A stretch of DNA of 64,000 bases from a virus, in the IMG/VR virus record IMGVR_UViG_3300042887_004758, positions 45,982 to 109,981 of that record; one strand, written 5' to 3'. The notes under the pieces were generated by a model. The model was given only the letters and a program-made list of their open reading frames with translations. It made no database searches and had not been told where the DNA came from. This document shows, in pieces, positions 47,185-59,700 of this stretch (within the stretch, counting starts at the first letter, position 1; each line of letters starts with the position of its first letter). The position numbers and the translations under genes were made by a program.

Positions 47185-47673
47185 ATGGCAGACTTACTAA
47201 TGAAAATGCCGGTTCCTTATGAACCCAAAAGAAAAAATAGATTTATCCTCAGATTTCCTTCATCTTTGGGTATAAATGAGTGGTTTGTTGAGTCAACCTC
47301 AAGACCAAAAATAACTATCAATTCCGTTGCTATTCCGTTTTTGAATACTGAAACGTATGTTGCCGGTAAATTCAATTGGGACACTATTAACGTCACCTTT
47401 AGAGACCCGATTGGACCGTCAGCAGCTCAAGCACTGATGGAGTGGGTTAGATTACATGCGGAGTCCGTTACAGGTCGTATGGGTTATGCTGCGGGTTACA
47501 AAAAGGATATTGACCTTGAACTCTTAGACCCAACCGGTGTTGTGGTTGAAAAGTGGATCCTACAAGGTACGTTCCTTACTGATGTTAACTTTGATTCATT
47601 GGGGTATGGCGAAGACGGTCTTGCTACTATTACCGCAACACTTCGTCCTGATAGATGTATCCTTGTTTATTAA
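47185..47673 (+). CDS. Tail tube protein (gp19-like)
   Basis: EPKRKNRF, YVAGKFNWDTINVTF, ALMEW, YKKD, W-x-L-x-G-x-F. Confidence 0.9.
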   Translation: MADLLMKMPVPYEPKRKNRFILRFPSSLGINEWFVESTSRPKITINSVAIPFLNTETYVAGKFNWDTINVTFRDPIGPSAAQALMEWVRLHAESVTGRMGYAAGYKKDIDLELLDPTGVVVEKWILQGTFLTDVNFDSLGYGEDGLATITATLRPDRCILVY

Positions 47674-47729
47674 GTTTATAATTATATATTTGTAAGAGAT
47701 ATTGACTTTATTATATTTCAGTTTATTTT

Positions 47730-47758
47730 AACCTCGGAGCCAATCTCCGAGGTTTTTT
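47730..47758 (+). terminator. Rho-independent terminator after the tail tube gene
   Basis: AACCTCGGAG-ccaat-CTCCGAGGTTTTTT. Confidence 0.8.
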
Positions 47759-47761
47759 ATT

Positions 47762-48517
47762 ATGGACACTTCAAAAATTTACGGACAAGAAAATTTCAAC
47801 TTACCACACGATGTGGTTCCATTACCTTCACAAGGTAAATTTTATGATTCAGGGAAAAAATCACTAAAGGTCGGTTACCTTACGGCAGCAGATGAAAACC
47901 TATTAATGAGTCAAAACCTCAAGGATGTCAACAACATGATCATAACTCTACTGAGGAGTAAAATATATGAACCTGACATTCAACCAGAACAACTTTTGGA
48001 AGGAGACGCTGAGGCAATTTTAGTTTTTTTGAGAAACACTGCGTTTGGATCACAATACAAAATTAAAACAACGGACCCGAAAACAAATGAAATGTTTGAG
48101 ACCGACATAAATTTGGATGAACTAAACTTCAAAAAGTTAGAAAAAGAACCTGATCAAAGTGGACATTTTACAATCAAACTCCCAAAATCAGGAAATGAAG
48201 TCAAAGTAAAATTACTAACTCTTGGAGATCAATTTGCTTTGAGAAAACTAAGAGACTCATATCCTTCGGGAATGGTGGTTCCAATAATCACAAAACGTTT
48301 GGAGATGAATATTGTCTCTATAGACGGAAATGAAGACAGAAGTGATATATCAAGATTTATAAATATACTTCCAATAGCCGATTCGAAATTTTTGAGAACT
48401 GAACTAGAAGGATTGGAACCTAGACTTGACCTAAAACAAAGAATTATAGCCCCGTCAGGAGAAGAGGTACAGGTCAATGTATCCTTTGGGGCTGAATTTT
48501 TTCGCCCTTTCTTCTGA
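47762..48517 (+). CDS. Baseplate hub / tail assembly chaperone (gp26-like)
   Basis: VPLPSQG, LTAADENLL, LLEGD...LRNTAFG, second LPKSG repeat, FF near the C-terminus. Confidence 0.75.
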   Translation: MDTSKIYGQENFNLPHDVVPLPSQGKFYDSGKKSLKVGYLTAADENLLMSQNLKDVNNMIITLLRSKIYEPDIQPEQLLEGDAEAILVFLRNTAFGSQYKIKTTDPKTNEMFETDINLDELNFKKLEKEPDQSGHFTIKLPKSGNEVKVKLLTLGDQFALRKLRDSYPSGMVVPIITKRLEMNIVSIDGNEDRSDISRFINILPIADSKFLRTELEGLEPRLDLKQRIIAPSGEEVQVNVSFGAEFFRPFF

Positions 48518-48674
48518 TTACAAGCAAATACAACTCAAAGAGTTCTATTACTTGGTGAGAAATACGTCTATGACTTACCAAGACTTACAAATGATGCCGG
48601 TTTACGAAAGAAAATTCATGATAAAAGAACTTTCCGATGAATTTCAAAGAATAAATGAAAAAAGGAAAGGATGA
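48477..48674 (+). CDS. gp51-like small chaperone; possibly a frameshift extension of the previous ORF
   Basis: EFYYLV...QDLQMMPVYERKFMI; overlaps 47762 in the +1 frame. Confidence 0.65.
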   Translation: MYPLGLNFFALSSDYKQIQLKEFYYLVRNTSMTYQDLQMMPVYERKFMIKELSDEFQRINEKRKG

Positions 48675-48694
48675 TCAGAAATTTCAAATTCATC

Positions 48695-48702
48695 TATTTA
48701 TA
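48695..48702 (+). promoter_or_regulatory. TATTTATA putative late promoter
   Basis: 12 nt upstream of ATG 48715. Confidence 0.6.
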
Positions 48703-48714
48703 AAATAAAAATAG

Positions 48715-51700
48715 ATGCCATATAGTCCATTAAGTTTTGATAATAGTATTTCTGAATTTTTCAGAACAAATAATATTATCAGAAATCTTCCACCCTACAC
48801 CGTAGAAGGTAGTTTCTCTACCCAAGTTTCAGGGGAAAATGGTATATTTCCAATAAAACTTAGGAACATGGCGGTCCAAGATTCAGCCGAATTGATAGAG
48901 ATATATCCTGAATATTTAGAAAAACAATACCTTTTGAATTTTTTTGGGCCCCAAGATGGATTTGGGGTTCCGATCTCCATACAAGACATTCAAAATATAG
49001 TTACAAATAGAGACACCTACTACACATTTGTAGCTTCGTTTTACCCACTACAAAACATTGTATTCCAAATCAACCCTGTTGGTTCGGAAGCGTCATTAAG
49101 TAACGACTCAAAACTTGCGCAGATCTCTGCTGATTTGTTGAAACAACAGTTTCAATATAGAATTGGTCAAGAAATTAGAGAAGAAACTTTTGGACGAATC
49201 AATTTATTGGACGCATTATCGGATCCTTACGAAGCAACTGCGTTATTAACGGGGAACCGAACTTTGATAGAAAGAAATTGGCAGATTTCACAACCTGACA
49301 ATTTGGTGGGTAAAGGATTAGATTTAGTTTCAAGGATCACAGGTGTGTATAGTCCATATTCTTGGATTCCCGGAGATTACTTTGACGATTCGGCACCAGT
49401 CACGGCAAACGAACAAACAACTGTAGGTGGGAGAATTGTAAACGACTTAAGACAAGCGATTTCATCTGTTATAGGAATTGGTAGACCCGAATTAGACCCT
49501 TCATATAACTTTTTACAAAACACAGGTGGAGGTCAAAAATCTGTTTTATTCAATAATCTTGAATTTAACAAGTATAGACCCGAATACAGAAGTTCTCAAG
49601 TACAAGCTGCTCAGACCTTACTTGGACAGGGGATACAATCAATAGCCGAATTAGGTAGAGCACTGGGTGGAACACAACCACCCGCGGGACAATACTATCT
49701 TGGAACACAACAAACACCGATCCCTAATTTAGTCGCACCACCAAATGAACAACCATCGGGTATGGATGGTGTTCCTGTTTATGGTTATACCATTTTGGGA
49801 AAAACATATGAAGGGGAAGGGTTAGACGGTACTTTCAGATTCGGATTTGCCGGTAGATCATTCTATAATCAAGGAGATATTCAAGGAGGTTTTTCATGGG
49901 CGGGTGCGGAAACAACACCTATTGGTGCTTTTGTAGGCCCTAATGGCACAACCTTTGGTGGAAATGCGTCTTCGACATTCGGAGGGACGGTTTCTGACGG
50001 ATTTGCATTTACAAAAGATTCAATATTAGATAAAACACAACAATTAGTTTTATCAAACCCAGGTGGTGGAAAAGCCTTTGAAAGTGTTGGTAATGCAATA
50101 AACCAAGTATCCAAAATATTCAATGATGGCTACAAAGAGATAACTAAAGGTTCTAAAGTAATCAAATATGTCAATGAAAATGGTATTGAAAAAGGGGCTG
50201 AATATTGTAGGATATTCACCAAAGATCAACCATTCACAACGATGAGTAGATTACAGAAAAAAACACGTAACATCCGCGGGTTTACCTACTCCAACTTAGA
50301 TTCGCCATATAATCTTAATATTACACCAACCAAAGGTGAAGATTCGACCAATTTAACAAACGAAGGGGTAAAAAAATACATGTTTTCCCTTGAAAACTTG
50401 GCTTGGAAACCATCGAACAAACAAGGATATACTGTTCAGGATTTACCTTTATGTGAGAGGGGACCTAACGGTGGAAGAATAATGTGGTTTCCACCCTACG
50501 AACTCACTTTTGCCGAGACTTTGTCGAGTCAATGGAACAAAACTGAATTTATAGGAAGACCTGAACCTGTTTATACTTACGGAAACGCAACAAGAGGGGG
50601 GACCTTGGCGTTCAAAATTATCGTGGATCATCCTTCAGTTTTGAACCTTATTGTTGACAAAGTTATGAAAGGTCAAACCACGGAAGAAACAAACTCGATT
50701 TTGGAATCCTTTTTTTCTGGGTGTAAAGAATATGATCTATACGAATTGGCTGCTTTATATAATACTATTCCTTTAACTGAGTTACAACAAATACAAGAAA
50801 TACTTAACGTAACGACAAATACGACAACAGTTGAGGGAGTGATCACTCAGCTTTCAACCGAACAACCCATTACTGAAACAAACACAGAACCGCAAGGACC
50901 ATCTAAAACAGATGATGTTGCGGTGACAGTAAATCCCATAGTATTACCCCCCGTCAATACCGAAATCCTTTGTTATTTCAGAAATAAATATCCCCTACCA
51001 AACCAAACCGTTCAGTCATTTCAAGTATACTGGGATCAATATAAAAACATGAAAAACACCTATGTGGGTTGTGCGGCAAGTGACCAAAAAGAATCCGTGG
51101 GTAATTTTTTCCAAATTGTTATTAATGAAAATATCAACGATTTGAATGGATTGTGTGATGAAATAGAAGAATTGTGTAATCAAAAATATAAAGTTACACT
51201 CAATTTAGTAGGAAATACGTCAAGTATTGCTTCAGATGAGTACAATCTATCATTATCACAAAGAAGAATCGATTCAATAAAAAAATATATACTAGATTAC
51301 AAGGGGGGTACTTTGGGAAAATTTGGATTGAATGATCTTTTGATTATTAAAGAAGACCCTCAAGGTGAAACAAATGCAACCTCCGCGGAAGACGGTCCTT
51401 TGAATCAAACTGTGTGTTCGTTACTTGCAATTCAAAACCGTAATGTACGAGTATTACTTGATGCACAACCGCCGGACCCAGTTCCGGCACCGGATGACGC
51501 AATAGAAGAAACTGCATCACCACAAAATGACATAAATACGGATCCGAAAGACTTAATAAATGGGATTACCCCACCCTTGGGTCAAAAGACGGTTACGACC
51601 ACAAGTGAAACCATAAGAAGGGAAATTAGTGCTTTACCAGGTTTATCGAAAAAAGTTTTGAGAAATTTACTTACAGAATGTTCATATTTTGAAATGTTGA

Positions 51701-53463
51701 AAGAGGATTCACCTGTTATTTATGATTCTTTGAAAGAAAAACTTAAATATTTTCATCCAGCCTTTCACGCAATAACACCAGAAGGATTAAATTCGAGATT
51801 GACCTTCTTGAATCAATGTACAAGACCGGGATCTACAATACCTATAATTAATGATAGGGGTCAGGAGGTGATAAATGATTCGGAAAACACATCGTTTGGT
51901 GCTCCTCCGATATGCGTTTTGAGAGTCGGTGATTTTTATAATACGAAAATTGCAATCAACTCAATAAGTTTATCCTATGAAGGATTAGATATTAATCCTG
52001 AAGGAATAGGTATTCAACCCATGATTGCCGCAGTTCAAATTGCTTTTGACTTTATAGGAGGATCAGGACTCAAAGAACCGATTAATCGACTTCAAAACGC
52101 CTTGTCGTTCAACTACTATGCGAATACAGAGATGTATGATGAGAGAGCTGAAGCAAGTGAGGATACGAGTGTAATTGATAATAACTTGTATAAACAAATT
52201 CAAGATAATCAAAGAGTAAAAACTCAGGGAGACTTATCACAACAGAATAATGGTGGAACCTATATTGGTACAGTTGTTGCAACCGAAGTAAATGGAACTG
52301 GATTTACGGGTACTTTGAGTTATGAAAAAATTATGAACGAAACTAAAAATGGGGTAAAGAGCTATGCTTTTGCACTAACAAATAACCTCAAATCAATTTC
52401 GTCTGACAAAGGGTGGGGATTTATGTATGAAATAAATAATTTAAAAAGAAACTATCAAAACGGTAATTTTTATACCGGATCAACAACAATTTATGGAAGT
52501 CCTCAGAATATACAGGGTAAAGTTGATGAAATATTTACAACCGCTCAGGGTTATTTTGAAAATGACGAAGGTTATCTCATGAGTGGTATTGCTCAGGAAC
52601 CACTTAAAAACAAAACAATAAGGACTGTAAGGAAGAATTTAATTGAATATATTACGCAGAAAAAAAACACAGTAAGTTCTGATGTTATGTTAAAAATTAG
52701 TGAAATTAACACTAATCAGGTCAACCTAATAACAAACATAAATAAAATCAACTACGTAACAACTCAAAAATCTGATGGATTTTTTGACAATAAAGGTAAC
52801 TCTACGATTGCTGACGTGGCATTACCAACCACCGACAGCTCATCTCCCTTCCTCGAAATTTTCACATTAATTGAATACATCGATTATATTATAAACATCC
52901 TCGATGAATACTACGTCTTTGATCCTACACAATACATATCCAATGACGGTCAGTACTATTATGAATATTTAACACTTTATAAAGAAATAGTTAGTGAAGT
53001 AAATAGATTGGACGTGAACAGAGAAGCGGAAATTGACACATTGTTAGATACGATTGGCACGCCGGTCAGTGGTCCAGGTATTGTTACTCAACAAACGGTT
53101 AGTTCTATATCACAAGCCACAGTATCACAACCTGGATTTATAGATTTTTTGTTGAAAAATGTAGATGACGATGAAAAGTCAAAAACAAGAGAATACTTGA
53201 AGAAAATTATTAAAAAAATGTACACTGATCACGGATATGAAAAAGATAAGAAAGAAACCGAAACACAATTTAATAAAATCACCACAGAGATTAATAGTGA
53301 ATTCGAAGTTTTCGAGCCATTCCAAAACTCAACAGGATTCGCATTTGGTATAGTTCAAAATATTAGTCCAAACACCACACAAATTGATGAATTAAAGAAT
53401 TTATACGACGGGGTAAATACAGGACCAAATGACTCGTTTAACGGAAAAGAAAACTTTGTATAA
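48715..53463 (+). CDS. Large baseplate / tube-initiator-like protein with inserted OmpA-like domain
   Basis: WNKTEFIGRPEPVYTYGNATRGGTLAF and PPICVLRVGDFY (tube-like motifs); GNTS...YNLSLSQRR...NRNVRV. Confidence 0.6.
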   Translation: MPYSPLSFDNSISEFFRTNNIIRNLPPYTVEGSFSTQVSGENGIFPIKLRNMAVQDSAELIEIYPEYLEKQYLLNFFGPQDGFGVPISIQDIQNIVTNRDTYYTFVASFYPLQNIVFQINPVGSEASLSNDSKLAQISADLLKQQFQYRIGQEIREETFGRINLLDALSDPYEATALLTGNRTLIERNWQISQPDNLVGKGLDLVSRITGVYSPYSWIPGDYFDDSAPVTANEQTTVGGRIVNDLRQAISSVIGIGRPELDPSYNFLQNTGGGQKSVLFNNLEFNKYRPEYRSSQVQAAQTLLGQGIQSIAELGRALGGTQPPAGQYYLGTQQTPIPNLVAPPNEQPSGMDGVPVYGYTILGKTYEGEGLDGTFRFGFAGRSFYNQGDIQGGFSWAGAETTPIGAFVGPNGTTFGGNASSTFGGTVSDGFAFTKDSILDKTQQLVLSNPGGGKAFESVGNAINQVSKIFNDGYKEITKGSKVIKYVNENGIEKGAEYCRIFTKDQPFTTMSRLQKKTRNIRGFTYSNLDSPYNLNITPTKGEDSTNLTNEGVKKYMFSLENLAWKPSNKQGYTVQDLPLCERGPNGGRIMWFPPYELTFAETLSSQWNKTEFIGRPEPVYTYGNATRGGTLAFKIIVDHPSVLNLIVDKVMKGQTTEETNSILESFFSGCKEYDLYELAALYNTIPLTELQQIQEILNVTTNTTTVEGVITQLSTEQPITETNTEPQGPSKTDDVAVTVNPIVLPPVNTEILCYFRNKYPLPNQTVQSFQVYWDQYKNMKNTYVGCAASDQKESVGNFFQIVINENINDLNGLCDEIEELCNQKYKVTLNLVGNTSSIASDEYNLSLSQRRIDSIKKYILDYKGGTLGKFGLNDLLIIKEDPQGETNATSAEDGPLNQTVCSLLAIQNRNVRVLLDAQPPDPVPAPDDAIEETASPQNDINTDPKDLINGITPPLGQKTVTTTSETIRREISALPGLSKKVLRNLLTECSYFEMLKEDSPVIYDSLKEKLKYFHPAFHAITPEGLNSRLTFLNQCTRPGSTIPIINDRGQEVINDSENTSFGAPPICVLRVGDFYNTKIAINSISLSYEGLDINPEGIGIQPMIAAVQIAFDFIGGSGLKEPINRLQNALSFNYYANTEMYDERAEASEDTSVIDNNLYKQIQDNQRVKTQGDLSQQNNGGTYIGTVVATEVNGTGFTGTLSYEKIMNETKNGVKSYAFALTNNLKSISSDKGWGFMYEINNLKRNYQNGNFYTGSTTIYGSPQNIQGKVDEIFTTAQGYFENDEGYLMSGIAQEPLKNKTIRTVRKNLIEYITQKKNTVSSDVMLKISEINTNQVNLITNINKINYVTTQKSDGFFDNKGNSTIADVALPTTDSSSPFLEIFTLIEYIDYIINILDEYYVFDPTQYISNDGQYYYEYLTLYKEIVSEVNRLDVNREAEIDTLLDTIGTPVSGPGIVTQQTVSSISQATVSQPGFIDFLLKNVDDDEKSKTREYLKKIIKKMYTDHGYEKDKKETETQFNKITTEINSEFEVFEPFQNSTGFAFGIVQNISPNTTQIDELKNLYDGVNTGPNDSFNGKENFV

Positions 53464-53780
53464 TGGAATATTACAATAGATACACCAAATTTATATTGAA
53501 CGGACAACAATCTGTTGTACCCTTCGTTGAATTGCCTTCAAAATCCACAGATAAAAAGTATATTTACAAGGTGGGACAATCAAGATTGGATAAAATAAGT
53601 CAACAATTTTATAACACACCTTATTTTGGATGGTTGATTTTGCAAGCCAATCCCCAATATGGTGGAACGGAATGGTCAATTCCTGACAACGCAGTTATTA
53701 TTGTTCCATTTCCTCTGTTACAATCATTACAAGATTATAAATCAGCTTTAGAGACACATTTCTTGTATTATGGCAGGTAA
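53463..53780 (+). CDS. LysM-like baseplate wedge protein (gp53/tail X-like)
   Basis: YKVGQSRLDKISQQFYNTPYFGWLILQANP...IIVP. Confidence 0.8.
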   Translation: MEYYNRYTKFILNGQQSVVPFVELPSKSTDKKYIYKVGQSRLDKISQQFYNTPYFGWLILQANPQYGGTEWSIPDNAVIIVPFPLLQSLQDYKSALETHFLYYGR

Positions 53781-56700
53781 TATTTCGGAAGAAAAATTAT
53801 ATTATCAGGATTATAATAACGTAATATTGGTAGACCCCAATAAGGTCTTTAACGCCGATGGTGTACCAGTTGATCGTTTGGTTCAACCCGAAAATCTTAT
53901 AACATATGCGAATTTAACTTGTAATGTAATTCCAAGAACAAAGCTTGCGGTTGGAGAAAACTTTAGTACACCTATACGACAAATTCAATTAGCTAAAATT
54001 AACTTTCTAAAACCTTCCGACAAACAATATTTGGACACCACTTGGACCAATGAACTACTTGGTGATTATGGAAGTATCGGAAATACAAACAAATTGAACC
54101 AAACCTCTGAAGAACAGAGAAAAAACCTCACCAACACCAACTACGACACACAATTGTTGGGTATTAAAAGTATATCAATCAGAAACAATCAAATCTTTAT
54201 TCCCGAAGTTAATATTGAATTAGAAGATGTACAGGGTAGAGCTTTATTTGAAAAAGGGGAAAAGTCACCATACGCCGCTTTTTTTCAACTACCATATCCT
54301 CTATTTGAACTAACCGTCAAAGGGTATTATGGTAAAGCTGTCAAGTATGAGTTGAATTTGGTTTCTTTCAACGCTAGATTCAACCCGAGCAACGGTAACT
54401 ACCAAATATCTTTGAAATTAATGGGAAGAACACCCGCTCTTTTTTCTGATATTAATTTATCGTATATGTACGCACTTCCGTACATGTACCCCTCAACCTT
54501 TTATACAGATACGACGACAAATAATCAGACTACGGATGATGTTGCTCAAAACCTGAAAACTCAAATAACACAAGAGACGACAAGAGGATATCAAAAACTT
54601 AGAGAAGTTTACTCAGTTTACAAATCCAAAGGTTTGATTCCACAGGACTTTCCTGTGATGAATTTAGATCAGTTGAGGATAAAACTTGATTTATTAATCA
54701 ATCAACAACTGTCATCATTTGGAGAAGAAAATTTTTCAGTATTGAGTGATATTGCTAGATATGAAGATGATCTACAGAAGTTCTATGCTAATATTTTTGG
54801 TACTTCTTCGGGGGCTTGGTTTACTAAGTGGACACAAAAAAACAATTACTACATCTCAAATACAGACCAATCGACAAGATATTATCCGATCAATTCAAGT
54901 GACACGACACTATCATCAATCAAAAGTGAACTTCAAAATTTAATTGATGAATATTCGAAAAAACTTCTTGACAACCCAACCCTTGGGGAGAGAGGTCAAT
55001 ACTCTACAGGAAAAATAAAAGGTAAATCATCTTCAATCGATATTAATATATCAGTTGATGACATAATTGTAACAGAACAATTCGACTTAGATTTTGAAAC
55101 CAAGTACAAAACTGAATTTGGAGTTCAAAGTGCAACTACCGCACAGATTCAACAATTTATTCAAACATATACTTCAACAATATTGGATTCAACATATATA
55201 GACCCCAAAAATCTACAAGTTATTGATAACTACGGTTTGGTGAAAAAGGGTCCTAATGTTGGTTTCGAACAAAAAATTGCACAAATAAGAAAACAACTTA
55301 AAGAAAAAAGCGAAGAAATAGAAAAAGCACTTACCGACTCATTATTAGAAAAAATAATAGACCCAAATTTCGGACTCGGATTTAATCCGACGATTCGGAA
55401 TGTGATGGCGGTAATTATGGCTCAAGTTGATGCTTTTTTGAGATTGATGGATGAAGTTCACAGTAAAGCGTGGGATAAAAGGAAAGACCCTAAAAGATTA
55501 AGTACTATTTTAGGAGGTATAAATACTGATAGTACCATTCCGATCCCTACGGAAGATCAGATTGTTTACCCTTGGCCGTCCTATACGGAAGTAAAAGATG
55601 TTGAAAATAAAATAGTTGTAAAATATCCTGGTGATTCAACAGCTTTTCAAAAAACAGACGCTTATAATTTTGAGATATGGCCCGAAGTTGAATTTGTTGA
55701 ACAGTTTATGTCGGGTATGATACCATACGACGAACAGACGTTAAAGAACCCAATTCAAAATGCAGAACAGACCCCCCCATATGTTTCGTCCAACGCACTT
55801 GAATTTCCTTTCAAAAACATACCCTACCTCAATCTGACTGATGTGTCGGTATTATATGAATTATTTGAAAGAACATTAGCAAGTTCATACTATATTGGGT
55901 TAATGAAAGGAGGATCGAGTTCTCAACAATTGTATAAAGTATTAGGTGATTTTGAAAAATACAACTTATTACAACAAATAAATGATTCCATTTCATTACT
56001 TGAATTATTTAAAAAGACACCCCTCGATTATCAAAATTATAAAGAGGTTTTGAGAAGTTCGTCCAATAATGGAACTGGGTTATATTGGAATCAATATATT
56101 AGGGATATTTTTGCAACTCCGTATATAGAAGAACAAGTCAAAAATAGTTCCGAGATTCTGAGTATTGAGTCCTTGGGTAATAATTCCGCAACCATTAATG
56201 GGGAGCAAGAAACAACCAACACCCTCACATCTTATATCAAGAGTAGCGATTCGACAATCAAAGACCTTCTGAATACATATCCCTTTGATAATCCAAATTG
56301 GAGAATTAATAATTTAGCGGGTTTTCAAGGGGCTTCTGAAAATAAATTTTATGACACAACAAAGGTACTTAACTTTTTTTCAGAGAAAAAGGTAATAACT
56401 AATTTTACTGACGTTGGATCAAAAACCGAAATAAGACCATTCAATTACTTCAATTGGCAAGAAAACCAAATAACACAAACAACACCCAATGGTGATGACT
56501 TGTCTAATATTAATACTGCAAGTAATTTAAAAAGTTTTTTTGATCAAAGAACAGACAATAGAAAAAAAGTAATTTTGGAAGGATCGGTGTACTATTCCGA
56601 TTATACAAATAATGTAACGGCCACACAAACTACCTCTATTCTCAACACACCTTATTTTGTAAATGCATTTACTGAAGGTTTACAAAATTATAAACAATTA

Positions 56701-59700
56701 GACAGTCATCCTTTCAAAGCGGCGGCATACTTGTTTTTGAACTCCCTACCTTTGGCAACAACATTAGAAAAATACATTTCAAAAACCGACAACACAAATG
56801 AGTTTTTGAATTATATAGCATCTACAATGACCAAATTTTCGGGTGTTCACAAACTCCCTTTTGCTTGGATATTAAAATATGGAAGTATTTGGAATAGGTA
56901 TAAAACTTATATTGAAACAGGTGTTGATTTCTTGGATGAATGTTGGAAAGATATAGATTTTGCGGGTTTATACGATCCTATTGGTAGTGCAACCACCAAA
57001 ACATATAGTTCATCTACGGTTACATATACTATGGTTGGACAACCGACCAGTGTAAACCAAAACCAAATATTTGGTTTATTCCCTACTAATATAACAACGT
57101 TTCAAGTAGGATTTTATCCAAAATTAGTAAATGATTTAATGTATTTCTATATTGGAAAGAATGTTTTTAGTGGTTATACAGATTCTGAATTTCAGAACGC
57201 AATAAGTCAAGGATTGAATATCAAGAATAATGTGAAGTCTAACTTTTCCCAAGTCGGACTCAATAGTACAAATCAATTCAGTTCATTGGGTTACTATTCT
57301 TATTTTGATCTCGAAGGTTTGGTAGATTTTTCGGGTAGTGGTATTACTGATTGGGTTTTATTCCCTAGTATCGGGGCTCTAAGATTTAATCAAACTTATT
57401 TGGAATATCTTAAGAATGGTACGGTTACAGAATACTTGGCAGAGGACAACGCGTATTATAACGGTTCGGCACGAATGAATTGGAATAGCCCAAACTTCGG
57501 ATATTTCAACACGACAACAATCAAAAAACCAACTCCGAGCGAATATATGAAATTTGTTTTCTCAGGTCAGGAAAAAATTCAAGAATCTTTTACTTTAGCT
57601 GCGAAATACTCATCAATCGAGGAAATTTTTGGTGTTTTCGATAAAAACACTTTGGATTTATTCGAACAAATGTTTTTGAAATTCTGTGAACATCCAATAA
57701 ATTATGACAACGCACAACTTGGATCAGGTAATTTCAACAATATTTTAACTCAAAGCCTATTATCTGAAACCGAAAACTTCAAGTTCAAAAATTTTGCTGG
57801 TCTTCTAAGGGAATTTTTTAAAGTCAATCCTTCGGGTGTTTCTTCGGACCCAACCCAATTATCATATCAATTAGCATCATTCCAAGAAAAAAGAATACTA
57901 AATTTTGTAAGAACATTTATGGATTTGGATGTTGTTCTTAAACTTGGTAATTGTGGAAATTACGACAGAAAATTGTTTGATAGTTTATCAGGGAACCAAC
58001 TATTAATACCCACACAACCATATACTTTTAGTAAATACGTTTCTAATACCTTACCAACAACAAACGGTAGTGTGACATTATTACAATCAAAAGCATTGAA
58101 CCCCGATGCTTGGAATGCCTTGGAAGAATATGTTGGATTCTCAACAATATCAGGTCTCACATATACAGACGGAGGATCTTATATTACAGACTTTTTCCCT
58201 ACTATGGATATTGAATTTACGTCCGAAAATGTACAAATTTTGAATAAAGTTATTAAGATTTTTGCAAACGAAAAAATACAAAATCCACAACTAACCAAGA
58301 CACAATTTCAAACAACCCTCACAAACTATATTAATACACTTAATCAAAATCACAGTAATGTTTTGAATTACACCTTGGACCAAGTGAAAAATCAAATTCC
58401 AACAATAATTCAAAAACCTGTTGATTTTACATCGAGAATAGATGGTGATACTGTTAAAAATGACCTTTGGAGGTTATTCAAAACATTGGATGAAAAGTGG
58501 GTTGCTGGTGCAAACTTCAAAGAAAAGACATTATTCGAAGAGTTTTTGTTTTTCGATCGTAGAAACCGAGACATTGGACAGAAATTTATTATAGATATTT
58601 ACTCAATAAGAACATATCTCACGGAAAAAAGGGATAAAACATCTTTACTTAATTTCATAAGTGCAATCTTCAAAGAAAATAGATTCAACTTTTTTGCTTT
58701 ACCTTCGTATGTGAATTTTTATGGTTTACAAGAACCAGGATTAAATTCAGGACCGACAATTGGTAGTGACGATATAGGATCTTTGGCCTTTGGGACTTTC
58801 TTGGAGGTTGACTATCAGAATTCAAAACCAAAATACCTTTGTCAGTTTATTGGTAGATTGAGTGAACATTTGAAAATTGGAGAAAACTATTATTTCGGAT
58901 CGGATGGATTAGACTTAGAAAACTCACCCGATACTTTAATTGATACTAATCAAGATCAAAATGCGGATTTGGGATTGAGTAATAAGGTTGTTGCATTTGC
59001 AGTTGACTTCGGAATACAGAATCAAAACATTTTTACTTCATTATCTTTGGATCAAGCACAACATAAAGTGACCGCGGAATCTATTGATATTCTGATGGGT
59101 TTATCTAATCAGTATAACTCCAATACCGCTATGCCACAACCACAAGGATTATATGACCTCTATAAAAGTAGAAGTTATAAATGTGAAGTAGGTAGTATGG
59201 GGTCCATGTTAATTCAACCCACCATGTATTTCCAATTGAGAAATGTCCCAATGTTTTCGGGAGCGTACTTGATTTTAGGGGTAGAACATGACATACAAGT
59301 TGGTGGTGAATTCACAACAAAATTTACAGGAACAAAAGTTTCTAAGTATGAGGATGAAACTCCGGAACAATTGGTCGCTGTTGTAAATAGAAATTACATT
59401 AATAAAATTAAGGACAGAATCAAAAAATATAAAACAGAAGAGAATTTTATATTATCAACTCGAGTTGATGACCAAGCGGCCACATCATCGCCAACGGGTC
59501 CAGCGGCAGCCATCGACACTTGTTCACGAAAAATCAATGAGGTATTTGCCCAAGTCCCAACAAAAGACGCTTCGTCACAACCTATCGAAACTAAAATTTC
59601 GGATGAAGAATTATTCAACATAATTTCTGGAGTTACAAGCGATAAGAAGGTTGGTATAAATGCATTTATATTTCCACATCTTTTATATAACTACGACAAT

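Noticed and set aside
48671-48703. 10-codon ORF overlapping the gp51-like stop (ATGA)
   Set aside because: Too short to support, and it overlaps the late promoter motif
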